64,000 nucleotides of DNA from Octopus sinensis (lineage: Eukaryota). The position numbers and the translations under genes are program-made. The DNA is taken from positions 12,648,001 through 12,712,000 of the forward strand of contig NC_043025.1 in assembly GCF_006345805.1 (NCBI RefSeq). Direction: 5' to 3'. The first letter of the stretch is position 1. The number at the start of each line of letters is the position of its first letter. Shown here in pieces: positions 1 to 12,066 of the stretch. A model generated the notes under the pieces. That model was not told the DNA's origin. It ran no database searches and was given only the letters and a program-made list of their open reading frames with translations.

Positions 1-197
1 CAATGCTAGTGGGACAAACACAGACACACATATACATATATATGACAGGCTTCTTTCAGTTTCCGTCTACCAAATCCGCTCACAAGGCATTGGTCGGCCC
101 GAGGCTATAGCAGAAGACACTTGCCCAAGGTGCCACGCAGTGGGACTGAACCCAGAACCATGTGGTTGGTAAACAAGCTACTTGCCACTCCTGCGCC
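1..197 (-). mobile_element. tRNA-derived SINE, family A (5' part)
   Basis: Reverse complement of the GGCGCAGGAGTGGC...GGTTCAGTCCCACTGCGTGGCACCTTGGGCAAGTGTCTTC head that recurs many times in the window; has A/B-box-like motifs. Confidence 0.8.
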
Positions 198-1109
198 AAT
201 ATATATATATATAAAAAGCACTTTCTTGAAATGTATCCTGTACCTATACCGAAGTTACGCCCATCCTTTATTTGTTTCGGTTATTAGATTGCGGCCATGC
301 TGGGGCACCATCCTGGAGGAGTTTTAAGTTGAATACTTTTTTTTTTTAAAGCCTAGTATTTATTCTATCGCTCTCTTTGCTGAACTGCTAAACCTCAGGG
401 ACGCAAACACACCAGTTGACAAGCAGTAGTAAGACACACACACTGTATATACGACGGGCTGAATCAAGTAGGAGATACACTGAACATCATTTCTATTCAT
501 TCAGCTACACGTATTTTAAGAGACCACCCTTGCTCCTCCAATACGAAGGATGTGGTGTAGTCTGTAAATATGGAGACTTCGTTTAAAGTTGTATTAAGTA
601 ATATTGCTTTCAAATTTTGGCGCAAGGCCAGCAATTTCGGGGGTGGGAGCTAGTTGATTAGACTGACATCCCCTACCCTTCTGTTTTAAGTATCCCCTCT
701 AGTTTACACTGTTTCTCTGTAATTTCAGAATTCCCGATGGTATGGTGTTAAAGGATATTTTTACCCTAACCATTTACCAAGCTTAAAGGAAAATTTTACA
801 CAAAACAGACTTCACCTTGTTTAAATATGTTTTTGGTAGAATTCCTGTGGAATATTTCGTCTGGCTGAGACTATTTGCAAAATTCCTCTACATCTGTTCT
901 ATATTTTAGGGAGAAGGAATTCTGTACCTTATTTACATTGGATGGATTTGTGTCGACAATCAAGATGAGTACATATATCTGTCCAATGTAAATCATTTCT
1001 CTACTTTGCTGTCTGGAATATGTTGGATATTTTATTCTGATTACAAGGGACTTTGTAGCATCTCCTAAGGCTGCAGCTGATTTTTAAAAGGAAGAAAAAG
1101 GTCGATAAA

Positions 1110-1410
1110 TACTTGGAATTACATTTTTAATGAACCATTTTGTTGCACAATGCGTCTCCATCTTTCCTCTAACTTGAAAATACCCTCTTCCCAGAATTCA
1201 GGTGGTTTCATGGCAAGGAATCCTTTTACGTCATCCAAGGAATTGAAATTTTTACCATTAAGATTATTCTGCAGAGACCTGAATAAGTGGAAACCCGAAG
1301 GAGCAATATCTGGTGAATATGGAGGGTGGGGTAATACATCCTAGCTGAGCTGCAGCAATTTTTGTCTGCTATGAATCAGCACAAACTTTCTGGACAACTC
1401 AATATAATGA
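1110..1410 (-). mobile_element. mariner transposase C-terminal relic, internally deleted
   Basis: Minus strand translates RQKLLQLS*DVLPHPPYSPDIAPSGFHLFRSLQNNLNGKNF...WEEGIFKLEERWRRIVQQNG, the mariner HPPYSPDLAPSD region; TIR-like TATTGAGTTGTCCAGAAAGTTT near 1380-1405. Confidence 0.85.
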
Positions 1411-1477
1411 AATAAATATTTATTTGAAATTTAAAGAAAGAAAACCATCTGGGCATTGTGGTGAGAGAAGGTAAATT

Positions 1478-2833
1478 ATGGAATGTGAATCGTGTGATGA
1501 TAATGTTGAATGTGGATCGGAATTTAAAAGGACTGGTTTTAGTGATGAAATGCCAATTGACATATGTGATGCATCTGACCAATGTGATATCTGTAAAAAG
1601 TCATATTCTCAGAAAGATATCCTTGCTTCTCACAGATGTATTCACACAGGAGAAAAGCCATATCATTGTGATATCTGTGGTCAATCATTCTCTCAGAAAA
1701 CTAACTTGACCACACACAAACGGATTCATTCTGGAGAGAAACCTTATCGCTGTCACATCTGTGGTCAATCATTCTCTCAAAAAGGTGCACTTGTGACACA
1801 CAGACACACACATACAGGAGAAAAACCATATCACTGTGATATCTGTGGAAAATCATTCACTCGAAATAACTCCCTGACTGTACACAAGCTGATTCATACA
1901 GGGGAAAAACCACATTATTGCGATATCTGTGGGAAATCCTTCTCAGAAACCGGTCCCTTGACTAAACACAAACGCACCCATACGGGTGAGAAGCCGTATC
2001 ACTGTGACATCTGTAGTAAATCATTCTCTGTTAACAGCCATTTAAATAGACACAAACGCATTCATACAGGTGAGAAGCCATATAGATGTGATACCTGTGG
2101 GAAATCATTCTCCGAAGCCGATCCCTTGACTAAGCATATGCGAACTCATACAGGTGAAAAACCGCATCATTGTGATATCTGTGGCAAATCTTTCTCCCGA
2201 AACGATTCTTTAACCACTCATGGATACAGTCATACTGGAGAGAAACCGTATCAGTGTGATATCTGTGGCAAATCATTCACTGAAACTTCACGCTTGACTA
2301 AGCATGTACGAATTCATACAGGTGAGAAGCCATACCACTGCGACATCTGTGGGGAGTCATTTTCGAGGAATGATTCCTTAACGGCTCACAAACACCTCCA
2401 TACGGGAGAAAAGCCGTATCGGTGTAACATTTGTGCTAAATCCTTCTCTCGGAGCAATTCCTTGGTTAAACACAGACACACTCACTCGGGAGAGAAACAA
2501 TATCAGTGTGACATCTGCGGAAAATTGTTCTCCGTAAGTGGCAACTTAACGACGCACAAACGTATTCATACAGGAGAGAGACCATATCACTGTGACATCT
2601 GCGGCAAATCGTTCTCCGACGGAGGCACCTTGACCAGACACAAGCGTATTCATACAGGAGAGAAACCATATGATTGCGATGCCTGTGGAAAATCTTTCTC
2701 CGATGGAGGTACCTTATCTAGGCACAAACGTATTCATACAGGAGAGAAGCCCCATCAGTGTGATATCTGTGGTAAATCATTCTCTCAAAAAGCACAATTG
2801 GCTGCACACATATCCAATCATACAGGAGAATAA
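1478..2833 (+). CDS. C2H2 zinc-finger protein (ZNF1), 15 tandem fingers, 451 aa, single coding exon
   Basis: Open ORF with 15 C-x2-C-x12-H-x3-H units and TGEKPY-type linkers; short acidic N-terminus; no KRAB/BTB/SCAN domain visible. Confidence 0.95.
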   Translation: MECESCDDNVECGSEFKRTGFSDEMPIDICDASDQCDICKKSYSQKDILASHRCIHTGEKPYHCDICGQSFSQKTNLTTHKRIHSGEKPYRCHICGQSFSQKGALVTHRHTHTGEKPYHCDICGKSFTRNNSLTVHKLIHTGEKPHYCDICGKSFSETGPLTKHKRTHTGEKPYHCDICSKSFSVNSHLNRHKRIHTGEKPYRCDTCGKSFSEADPLTKHMRTHTGEKPHHCDICGKSFSRNDSLTTHGYSHTGEKPYQCDICGKSFTETSRLTKHVRIHTGEKPYHCDICGESFSRNDSLTAHKHLHTGEKPYRCNICAKSFSRSNSLVKHRHTHSGEKQYQCDICGKLFSVSGNLTTHKRIHTGERPYHCDICGKSFSDGGTLTRHKRIHTGEKPYDCDACGKSFSDGGTLSRHKRIHTGEKPHQCDICGKSFSQKAQLAAHISNHTGE

Positions 2834-3179
2834 CGATATCAGAAGTCATTGGATGAAACACTTTGTATAACAATGAATATCCATGAAAGTTTTGACATTT
2901 CATTGTAAGTCTAGATAATTACTGACATATGTTTTGTGAACAGGTTTTTCTGGGCTTTCTTTCTTTCAAAATCAAACACCATTACAAGTGATAGCATTCT
3001 AAAATGATGGGGGGGAAATCTATTTGATACATGAAAAGAATTGTATGTCTTGCTTTTCTTCTGTCAACCTGTACATTACTTCACCTTCAAGGGTACAAAT
3101 CTATTATATAAAATCCGTGTGTGTCTTCTAGGATCTCGGGCATCCTCCATCTGATTGTGCTCAAATTTGATATGCAGAT

Positions 3180-3365
3180 ACCTATTTCTTTATTACCCAC
3201 AAGGGGCTAAACAAAGAGGGGACAGACATAGTTATTAAGTCGATTTTATCGACCCCGAAAGGATAAGTTGACCTTGGCGGAATTTGAACTCACAACGTAA
3301 CGCAGATGAAATACCGCTAAGCATTTCGCCTGGCATGCTAACATTTCTACCAGCTCGCCGCCTTT
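3180..3365 (-). mobile_element. tRNA-derived SINE, family B
   Basis: Reverse complement of the GGCGAGCTGG...GAGTTCAAATTCCGCC...CCCCTTGTGGG consensus also seen at 16039, 36715 and 42735. Confidence 0.8.
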
Positions 3366-5074
3366 CATATATAGATACCAGGTGAGAATGCAATCGATAA
3401 AGCCGTTTTTGTCCTGCTTTTCTTCCGTCAACCTGTACATAACTGCACCTTCCATTTTTTGCTGTTCTTGTACTGCTTAAAGACACGTTTCTTTCCTGCC
3501 AAGCTTACTGTTTAAACCATGTTTGTGTTTCCCCAGTCAACAGCCTTATCATTACTGCTACTTTGAACTCTTCGGTTGCATATTTGTGCGAATAAAATCG
3601 TTTTTCTTTGGAACAGAAAGAAAAAAGTCTATCTTTATTTCTTCTTTTGCTGGTGTCTCAAATTTAGGTTAAATCAGTGTTTCTCAAAGGGGAGGCCTGT
3701 TGGACAAGTTGTTTTGAGAAAATTTGGTTTAAATGTTTGACAATTCAGCACTGTCCATTATAATTTAGATGTGTTGCATGGTCGGGTCGTTGGCAACCCC
3801 ACCAGGCTTGCTTGGTGAGGAGGGTGTTTATCGGACTCCCTGAGGAACTCTTGAGAGTCAACGGCCATCCAATAAATGTCTTAAGGCTGTATCATGGGAC
3901 ATAGAAATAATCGGACTGAATACCCGATTGCGTGGTTAAACCATTGGGACATCCTTCTGGGATAACTCCGACATAAAACCTGCAGCTCAGTGGCTACCGA
4001 TGATGTTGACTTGTTTTTCTTTACGGATGCTGTTGCTTAGTGAGTGGGATTGACTCAGTGCACAGCCTTTCCTCACTTCAAAAAAAAAACTTCTTGCACG
4101 ATAACATCTTTAATTAAGCTTTGGGCAATGGCCATACTCGATAACGAGGGGGCAGCCACTATATAATTTAGAAGAAACAGTAAGAAGTTGTCATAGTATT
4201 TGGAGTTTCAAATGTCAAAGCTAAGATGCATTCTTGAATATTATAACTACCTTTCCCTGTTTGTTCTAAATTATAACCTATATAAATATTCCTCTATTTA
4301 TTGTTGTTACTTTTTAATATATATATATATAGGGGTGTGCATTCAAAGCAATGATTAGTAAATTTACAAAACCAGTATGCTTTTGAATTTCTTTAACAAT
4401 AATGACTTTTATTCTTACCTCAGTTCATCTAATTGTATATATATGTATCGTTACTGTGCATCTTATGCTTACTTCCCCTTACATTTCCACGTGTAGTTTC
4501 TATATATATATATACTAGCAGTATTGCTCAGGTATGTTTCGACCCTTTGGGATTTTTGAAAAGTAAAAATTTTGCATTATGTAGCTTGTTATTCTCTTTA
4601 AGTGAACATTTTTCTGATTGAAATACACCGAAAATGGTGACACAGCAGTCAAAAAATAGGGATTTTCATAGAAAAAAAAAAAAAGCACCTTTTTGATGTT
4701 AACATTGTCTGATTTGAATTTTTGTCTTCTATCATACACTCAATTTTGGTCAACTTGCGCCATAGGGTATATATTGTTATATTTCGGAATGGTCATTTTG
4801 CCAATAAAAACACACGCACTATATATTTGGTGTTATTTTTTTCCATTAATCTTATTTCGGCCAGAGTTCTTCCATCACACTCCTGTGACCGCATCAGTGG
4901 TCCTTACTAACCGTCAGCCATTTTGTATTTCCTCATGAGTATATCTCTATGTGCTTCTATGTTTATTTAGTGTGTGGGGGGATGCCTGTAATATTTGTAT
5001 CTTCTGTTTATATACGTATGTATAACAACAATAATACTAGTAATAAAAAAAACCTTTTATCTGTGTATTTATTA

Positions 5075-5900
5075 TGTTTTCAGGATCCTCTACCGTCATG
5101 TGTGTGCTATTGTTCCATTCTAGTTTCCTATTCAGGCTAGATTTATTTTGTATTATGTGTGAAGCTTCTGTAATTTGTCTGATAGATGCATCTGTGGACA
5201 ATATTTTAATTTCTATGTTATTGATCCCCCGGGTTCCTGTTCAGCATGTTGGTACAGATTCGATGAGCTTTTACCTTCCTTAAGTTCTCTCCAATGTTCA
5301 TTTACCCGCCCTTCTTGCCGTTGTTTTGTTACTGCATCATTCCTCTATACATCTTATACTATATTTCTGGCTTTACAGTTTGTGGGCTGAATCTACATAC
5401 AGTATAGTACTTATCTATACAAGGGGTTCTACCTGGCTTTTTAACATCCTTAGCTTAGGCTCGTCTAGGGTGCTTGCAAAGCGGCACGCCAGTTCATCTA
5501 CAGGGGTGGTATCAACGAACATGACACTCTGGAATTTATGGCGATCATACCAAGAGGTGGCCTCCCCCATCTTCTTTTTGGTCCTTTCTATAGAGTGGGC
5601 AAATTCCATTCCTATCATTAAATAATATGTTATCAAATTTCTTTATGGCTGCAACCTGAGAACTGCATGTGTCTCTTTAACATGCGTGACACAGAGTTCG
5701 GTGTCCAATACTGGTGTTAATACTCTGGTGGATGGAGTTAGCTATTTGCTCTCCATATTATTAGTTTCTATTTCAACAGTACTCTCTTGTGGGGGTGCCT
5801 TTACCACCATGTTGATATCATCAACATAGCGAGGGTACATGTTCACTTTCTTTACCTGATGGTCTGTATGGCTCTCAGAGGAATGCTTGCAACAATCCAG
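5075..5900 (-). mobile_element. Penelope-like retroelement relic, heavily deleted
   Basis: Paralogue of 18828-20100; minus-strand MFVDTTPVDELACRF segment and a YVDD-like remnant. Confidence 0.7.
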
Positions 5901-6499
5901 ACTCTGCTAAAGGGAAAATTAATCAAGGTGGGTATAGTAAATGTAAAAACAACAACAAAATATTTCCTCTATATCTCTTTGTTTTATTCATTTCAATATC
6001 ATGCTGTCTGTCTGCAATGCCTTTTCCTCCACTGATGTGGCAAAGATGAATTTCTATGGTAGTTATTTGTAGAAATGACTTGTGGGAGGAGAACTGAGAG
6101 ATATTGTTGACAGGGAGGTGTTAGAGAAATAGATCCAAAGACCAAGTATTCAGCAGTGAATGAAAGAATTATGGCAGGGAATGAGCTGATTATATCAACC
6201 CCACTTCTTGACTGGTACTTAATTTTTTGAACTTAAAGATGGACAAATTGACACTTAACATTTTTATCCGGTTCCCATCTTAATGATAATAATCCCTTCT
6301 AATATAGGTACAGGGCTTGAAATCTGGGGAGGGAGAGTTGATTAAATCAACCCCAGTGTTTCATTGGTGGTATACCACTAGGCATTCTGTCTGTTGTCGC
6401 TTTATTGATGATAACAACTTATAAGGAATATTTTGTAAAGAGAATTAGGGACAAACAATCATTATAGGATGATGTGAGGTAGAAGTGTATGCAACTTAA

Positions 6500-6790
6500 A
6501 ATTTTCATTACCAACCCGGCCCTGTACTACAAATGTCTTGCTTTCAAAAGTTCCGAATTAAAATCTTCCACTGAACCTTAGTCATAATTTGTGTTTCTAA
6601 CACTAGCTGAACTTCTTTGTTATATTTAAAATTGGTTGAAAGACACACAGAGCATCTCAGCAGGAATAGGGTAACAGAAGGTTTAAACTATACAGTGGAG
6701 AAACAATTCTTAACCCTTTTGATACCACCTCTGGCTCAGTAGTACAAATCTCTTGTTTTCAATTAAAATCATGGAAATTTTAAAATGTGT
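6500..6790 (-). mobile_element. TTAA/CCC-ended MITE, degraded tandem dimer
   Basis: Reverse complement of the 252-bp array unit, including its spacer (GGAGAAACAATTCTTAACCCTTTTGATACC); paralogue at about 21055-21330. Confidence 0.7.
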
Positions 6791-7261
6791 GTGTATGTAT
6801 TAGGCTATCAAGAAAGTTCTTGTGGAATTTATCGTTTTAAAACTTGTGTTACTGTTTTTGAATAATGTGGACAAGAAGCAAATTTGCACAACTTTCTTAT
6901 TCCAGTTCTAGCTAGGCCAAGGAGCTGCTGCAACAGCTTCTGATATCAACGATGTGCTTGGCCCTATTTCCATCACACGAATTGTATAACGACCAGATTG
7001 TGAGAGTCAGCTTAGTGGTTGGATGCTGACGAAGCTCCACGGTAGAGAAGTACTGTCAGCAAATGGATGATATGCGTAAGAAGCTCTGACAACAACAGCC
7101 AGCATTGGTCAATAGAAAGGGACCATGGCTACTCTGTTTATTTTTTTTGTGTGCATCTGAATTTAAAGGTTCACAACCACTATAACTTTCTGGATAACCT
7201 AATGTGTGTGTGTATGTATATTTGGTTTGCAAGTGTCTTCTACTATAGCCTCTTTATCACT

Positions 7262-7596
7262 TTCCTCGGCTGTTACTGATGTCTGCCTCTTAGGTGGACG
7301 ACTTCCTTTTGAATGCTCTCGTCTTATGTTTGTTTAGATCCGTTTGTGCAGTGAATTTCTCAGGAACAGTGCTTGATGGAATCTTTAAACAGTTCTGCTT
7401 TTTACCTGAGAATTGCTGCCCCTGTTTTCTTTCATGTTCACTTCTTATCAAATGCGATTGATACAGTTTCTCTTATTTTTGTTGTAGGTATTGCTGTTGT
7501 CGTCGAAGTCAGCTTCCAGAGAGTCGCGGCACTTCACTGGGTGCTATGGGACTGAAGGTGGCCGATGGTTTTAGAAGATGCAATGGTGTCGCTTGT
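7262..7596 (-). pseudogene. Decayed copy of the terminal coding exon of the three-exon gene
   Basis: Aligns in blocks with 22870-23812, including the acceptor (TTACAG); several large internal deletions break the frame. Confidence 0.85.
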
Positions 7597-7740
7597 CTGT
7601 AATTAGATAAAAAGGAATAAAACAATTTTATTGATATAAAAAGATAATGTTGATGAAATTATTGTGCGTATAAAACATATGTAAGGAGAAAAACGGATAT
7701 GTATAGAGAGAGATAAATAGAAAGAAGCATGTATATAGAG

Positions 7741-7881
7741 CAGTGCTTTTCAAACTTTTTGCTGGAGTGGAACCCCTGTGCAATAATTTAATGGTCTTAT
7801 GCACACATATCTGAATTAAAAATTACAGCCAATTTTAGCAGTGTTGTAACTTCTTGTGGAACCCTGGTTGAAAACCCACTA
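7741..7881. mobile_element. hAT-like MITE
   Basis: CAGTGCTTTTCAA...TTGAAAACCCACTA termini; 8-bp TSD ATATAGAG/ATATAGGG; absent at the paralogous site near 24300. Confidence 0.75.
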
Positions 7882-9530
7882 ATATAGGGTAGGTCAATAC
7901 AGTAAAGTTTATAGCACAAACCTAAATATAGAAACAATTCCCATTATAGTAGCTACATTAGGTTTGATATAAAGAACTTCAGACAAATACGTAACAGAAA
8001 CTAGCACTGCCCACATCCTACGCAAAACACTTTCAATACAGTAACCATAGGAGCATCACTCAGTAGTAAGGTGAAAGCATGCTAATAAGACTACTGAATA
8101 ATAATAGTTTTAGATAAGGTGGGTGAGGTTACTATGTCAGACAATGATTAGCATCATTTCTTCCAATTTTACATTCAGAGATCAAATTTTACCGAGGTTG
8201 TCTTTGCCCAATTGACCCATGAAAGGCAAAGTCGACCTCTGCGGAATTTGAAATCAAATTCGATGACTGGCATCTGTGCTTGTGGAGTGCTAAGAGCACC
8301 ATTTGAGTGTGATCGTTACTAGTATCACCTTGCTAGCACTTGTGCATTGCCAGTAGCACCCACTACATTCTCAGAGTGGTGGGCATCCAGCTGTAGAAAC
8401 GACAGGATCTAGTCAATTACATCAACCCCACCTCTGTAAGGGCAAAGTCAACCTCAGCAGTCTCTGAACTTGCTGCCTTAATAGTAATTACTTCGTCTAT
8501 TGGCTACAAGGGCTTAAAGTTACAATAATATTATTATAATCTTTCCTACTCTGGGTACAAGGCCTGGATTTTATGGTGAGTGGGACAGTCAATAACATCG
8601 ACCCCAGTACACAACTGGTACTTAATTTATGGACCCTGAGAGGATGCAGGGCAAAGATGACCATGGCGGAATTTGAACCCAAAACACTGCTAATAATTCT
8701 GCCACAGGGGCAGGTATTTTGGGGGATAATTCGACCCCACTAGTACTTAATTTATCACCCCCCGAAATGATGAAAGCCATAAAAAAACCTGCCAAAACAA
8801 CAGTTCTCTGACCTGCCAGCTCTTGTTAAGTGTGTGCATATATAGGAGTGGTAAGTAGGTTGTTTACCAACCGCATGGCATCCTGGGCGAGTGTCTTCTA
8901 CTATAGCCTTGTGAGTGGATTTGGTAGATGGAAACTGAAAGAAGCCCGTCGCATATATATATATGCATAGAAATTGAAATATTTTCCACACATAGAACAG
9001 ATGCGACAAATTACAGAAGCTACACACAATAGAAGATAAACCTAGCCTGAATAGGAAACTGCAATGGAACACTAGCACCCACCACAACATATGATGGTAG
9101 AGGATCCCCACAAACTGGTTACAATATAGACAAATATATAATTTTTTTTTTTTTGATTTATTATTATTACTAGTATTGTTGTTATACATACGGATGTAAA
9201 ACACATGAACGAGAGATATAAGCATGTGCAAATGAAGACATACAAAACGGCTGGTAAGGAGAGACACAAATAAGAAAACAAAGGACCACTGATGCGGTCA
9301 CAGGAGTGTGGCGAAAGAACTCTGAAGCAAACTAACACCAATATATACCCTGTGGCACATGTTGACCAGAATTCAGAGTATGATGGAAGAAGGCTTGCTC
9401 TTTCTTCCATAGAAGAAAAAATTGATATCGGACCATGTTAACATCAAAAAGGTGCTTTTTTTTTTTCTATTGAAAATTCCAATTTTTTGACTGGTGTGTC
9501 ACCATGTTTTCGTATATTTCAACCAGAAAA

Positions 9531-9687
9531 CTGATATGGCTTCTCTCCTGTGTAAATACATCTGTGAGTAGCAAGGATATCTTTCTGAGAATATGATTTT
9601 TTACAGATATGTCAATTGGCATTTCATCACTAAAACCAGTCCTTTTAAATTCCAGTCCACATTATTATCACACGATTCACGTTCCAT
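9531..9687 (-). pseudogene. C2H2 zinc-finger pseudogene (ZNF3): start plus remnant of finger 1 only
   Basis: ATGGAACGTGAATCGTGTGAT... matches the ZNF1 start; frameshifting deletions; sequence jumps from GAGAAGCCATATCAG into downstream flank, so fingers 2-15 are missing. Confidence 0.85.
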
Positions 9688-9956
9688 AATTTTCCTGTGT
9701 AATCAGAATAAAACATCCAATATATTCCAGACAGCGAAGTAGAGAAATGATTTACATTGGACAGATACGTGTCCTCATATTGTTTGTCGACACACATCCA
9801 TCCAATGTAAATAAGGTACAGAATTCCTTCTCCCTAAAATATAGAGCAGAAGTAGAGGAATTTTGCAAATAGTCTCAGCCAGACGAAATATTCCACAGGA
9901 ATTCTACCAAAAACATATTTAAACAAGGTGAAGTCTGTTTTGTGTAAAAATTTTCC

Positions 9957-10163
9957 TTTAACCCTTTAGTGTTCAGATTATTCTATCAAACATAATGCCT
10001 ATTGATTTGAATTAGTCATGCATTATCTCATATCTTCAAGATCCTGATGGTGTAATTGCTTAATGTAGAATCACATTGTAGGGTAGGTGTGAGAGCCTGG
10101 ATCTGGTCAGTTTGAACATAAAACAGATTAACTATTTTGGCCGGTTTAAATACTAAGGGGTTA
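9957..10163. mobile_element. piggyBac-like MITE, family 2
   Basis: TTAACCCTTTAG...CTAAGGGGTTA termini; absent from paralogous copy A; same family at 42841 and 46141. Confidence 0.75.
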
Positions 10164-10999
10164 GGGTAAAAATATCCTTTAACACCATACCATCGGGAAT
10201 TCTGAAATTACAGAGAAACAGTGTAAACTAGAGGGGATACTCAAAACAGTAGGGGGGGGGGGTCAGTCTAATCAACTAGTTCCCACCCCCGAAATTGCTG
10301 GCCTTGTGCCAAAATTTGAAAGCAATATTACTTAATACAACTTTGAACGAAGTCTCCATATTTACAGACTACACCACATCCTTCGTATTGGAGGAGCAAG
10401 GGTGGTCTCTTAAAATACGTGTAGCTGAATGAATAGAAATAATGTCCAGTGCATCTCCTACTTGATTCAGCTTGTCGTGTGTGTCTTACTACCGGTGTTG
10501 GTGTGTTTACGTCCCTGAGGCTTAGCAGTTCAGCAAAGAGAGCGATAGAATAAACACTAGGCTTTAAAAAAAAGAAAGTAAAGGGATCAATTTATTCTAC
10601 TTAGAACTTCTCCAAGATGGTGCTCCAGCATGACCGCAACAAGTAAAAGAGTATATAAGGGGTTGGGAGAACAGGGTTTCTATTATCTTCAGTAATGTAA
10701 ACAAAGCCACTTTCCAGTACCTATACCGAAGGATCGCCAAGAGAGGAATTATAAGATGCGAATTTCATGCTTTGGAATGTAGGATCTTTATAAAATAAGA
10801 AAGAAACCGGGACAGGTTCTTGAATAGTAATGTTATGGCCTCACCTAGAAAAATGCCCTCCTGGCTTTGTCAGGACATCGACAGAGAAAGGACAACTTGT
10901 TCCTTATTGAAACAAACAGAGAAAAAAATTCAGGTCCCTCGGTGGGTACGGGAGACTGGGATCGAACGTTTACCTATCGCCAGAGAAAAGAATGGTTTT

Positions 11000-11060
11000 T
11001 CAGGCTCGGTCACTGGTCGCCTGACGTCACTACCGCTTTTCTATTTCAGCCAATGATATC
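11000..11060. promoter_or_regulatory. Putative promoter with CRE and CCAAT motifs
   Basis: TGACGTCA at 11022-11029 and CCAAT nearby in a locally CpG-containing patch; motif match only. Confidence 0.35.
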
Positions 11061-11134
11061 AACCTCAGATATCCGTGTAAACGGTTGCTATGACAATATT
11101 GTCTGTGTATATTTGTATTGATATGTATAGAAAT

Positions 11135-11330
11135 TGAATTCACCTCAATAGACGTCATTGATAGGTTGAAATTGAAGAAGAAAAGAACCAACAAATATCT
11201 TGCAAACCATAGAATTTTCTCAATAAAGCCAAAAGAAAAGGATGTTTTATAAACACATTCTATCAGTGTATAAAGTGTTTAGTTACATCGAAATTATTTT
11301 AAAAAACTGCCGTTCAAACCGAAAAGAACT
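11135..11330 (-). mobile_element. MITE family 3, partial copy
   Basis: Reverse complement of part of 41389-41791, including the AAAAACTGCCGTTCAAACC end. Confidence 0.65.
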
Positions 11331-12066
11331 TAGTTTTATAATCTCTTACAGAACCTTTTTCACAAATTTTAGGCCCCCAAAATTTGGGGGTTCCTTATAT
11401 ACGTTAAATTGGGGTAATTCGAGATATTCGGCTGCTATTTCTAGCACGTCCAGTGACCACTTAGCAGCTATATCGTTGCTGTCAATTATAGAATTTTCTC
11501 AATAAAGCCAAGAGAAAAAGATGGTTTATTTTGACACATTCTACCACTCTTTAAGTGAACATTTTTCTGGTTAATGTACACCGAAAAATGACGACACAGC
11601 AGGCAAAAAATAGGGATTTTCAAAGGAAAAACCCCCACCTTTTTGATGTAAATAGTTTTTGGTGTTAACATGGTCTGATCTGAATTTTATCTTCTACAGA
11701 ATGGAGAGCAAGCCTTCTTCTATCATACTCTCAATTTTGGTCAACTTGCCCCACAGGGTCTCGGAGGAGATAGTGTTAGTTGAAGACTGCCACACACAAC
11801 TTCAGCTTTATATATAGAGAGAGATTAAGTTGTAAAATTTCAACCTAAAGACCATGAGTTTATTAAAGTTACAATGGGAGTTATTCTGGCTCTTATGGGA
11901 CAGACATGTCGTGTTAATGTTTAGATAAATTTTAATCCACCAAGATATACACGTACAGGTAGTTACACACGTGTGGGTTCCTAACGGGTGCTTCAATTAG
12001 TGTTTAGAATGAATGAATGAATAGAGATTATTGCTAAGAAGAAAATGGGGTACTTGTTACCAATGG

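Larger units (their letters stand above)
2900..8960 (+). repeat. Segmental duplication copy A (paralogous to 18030-26060)
   Basis: Collinear matches from TTGTAAGTCTAGATAATTACTGACATA (2900 vs 18033) through shared Penelope, MITE and exon relics to a shared SINE at about 8850 vs 25915. Confidence 0.85.
8965..10640 (-). repeat. Inverted partial duplication copy B of the ZNF cassette
   Basis: Reverse complement matches about 300-1045 (upstream of ZNF1), the ZNF1 start, and about 18290-18965 / 4600-5200. Confidence 0.85.

Noticed and set aside
239-254. 15-bp match GTACCTATACCGAAG shared with about 10717
   Set aside because: Orientation is inconsistent with the surrounding inverted duplication and it is too short to interpret.
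3760-4170. GC-richer patch resembling a LINE 5' region
   Set aside because: No translatable diagnostic motif found; cannot be assigned without a repeat library.
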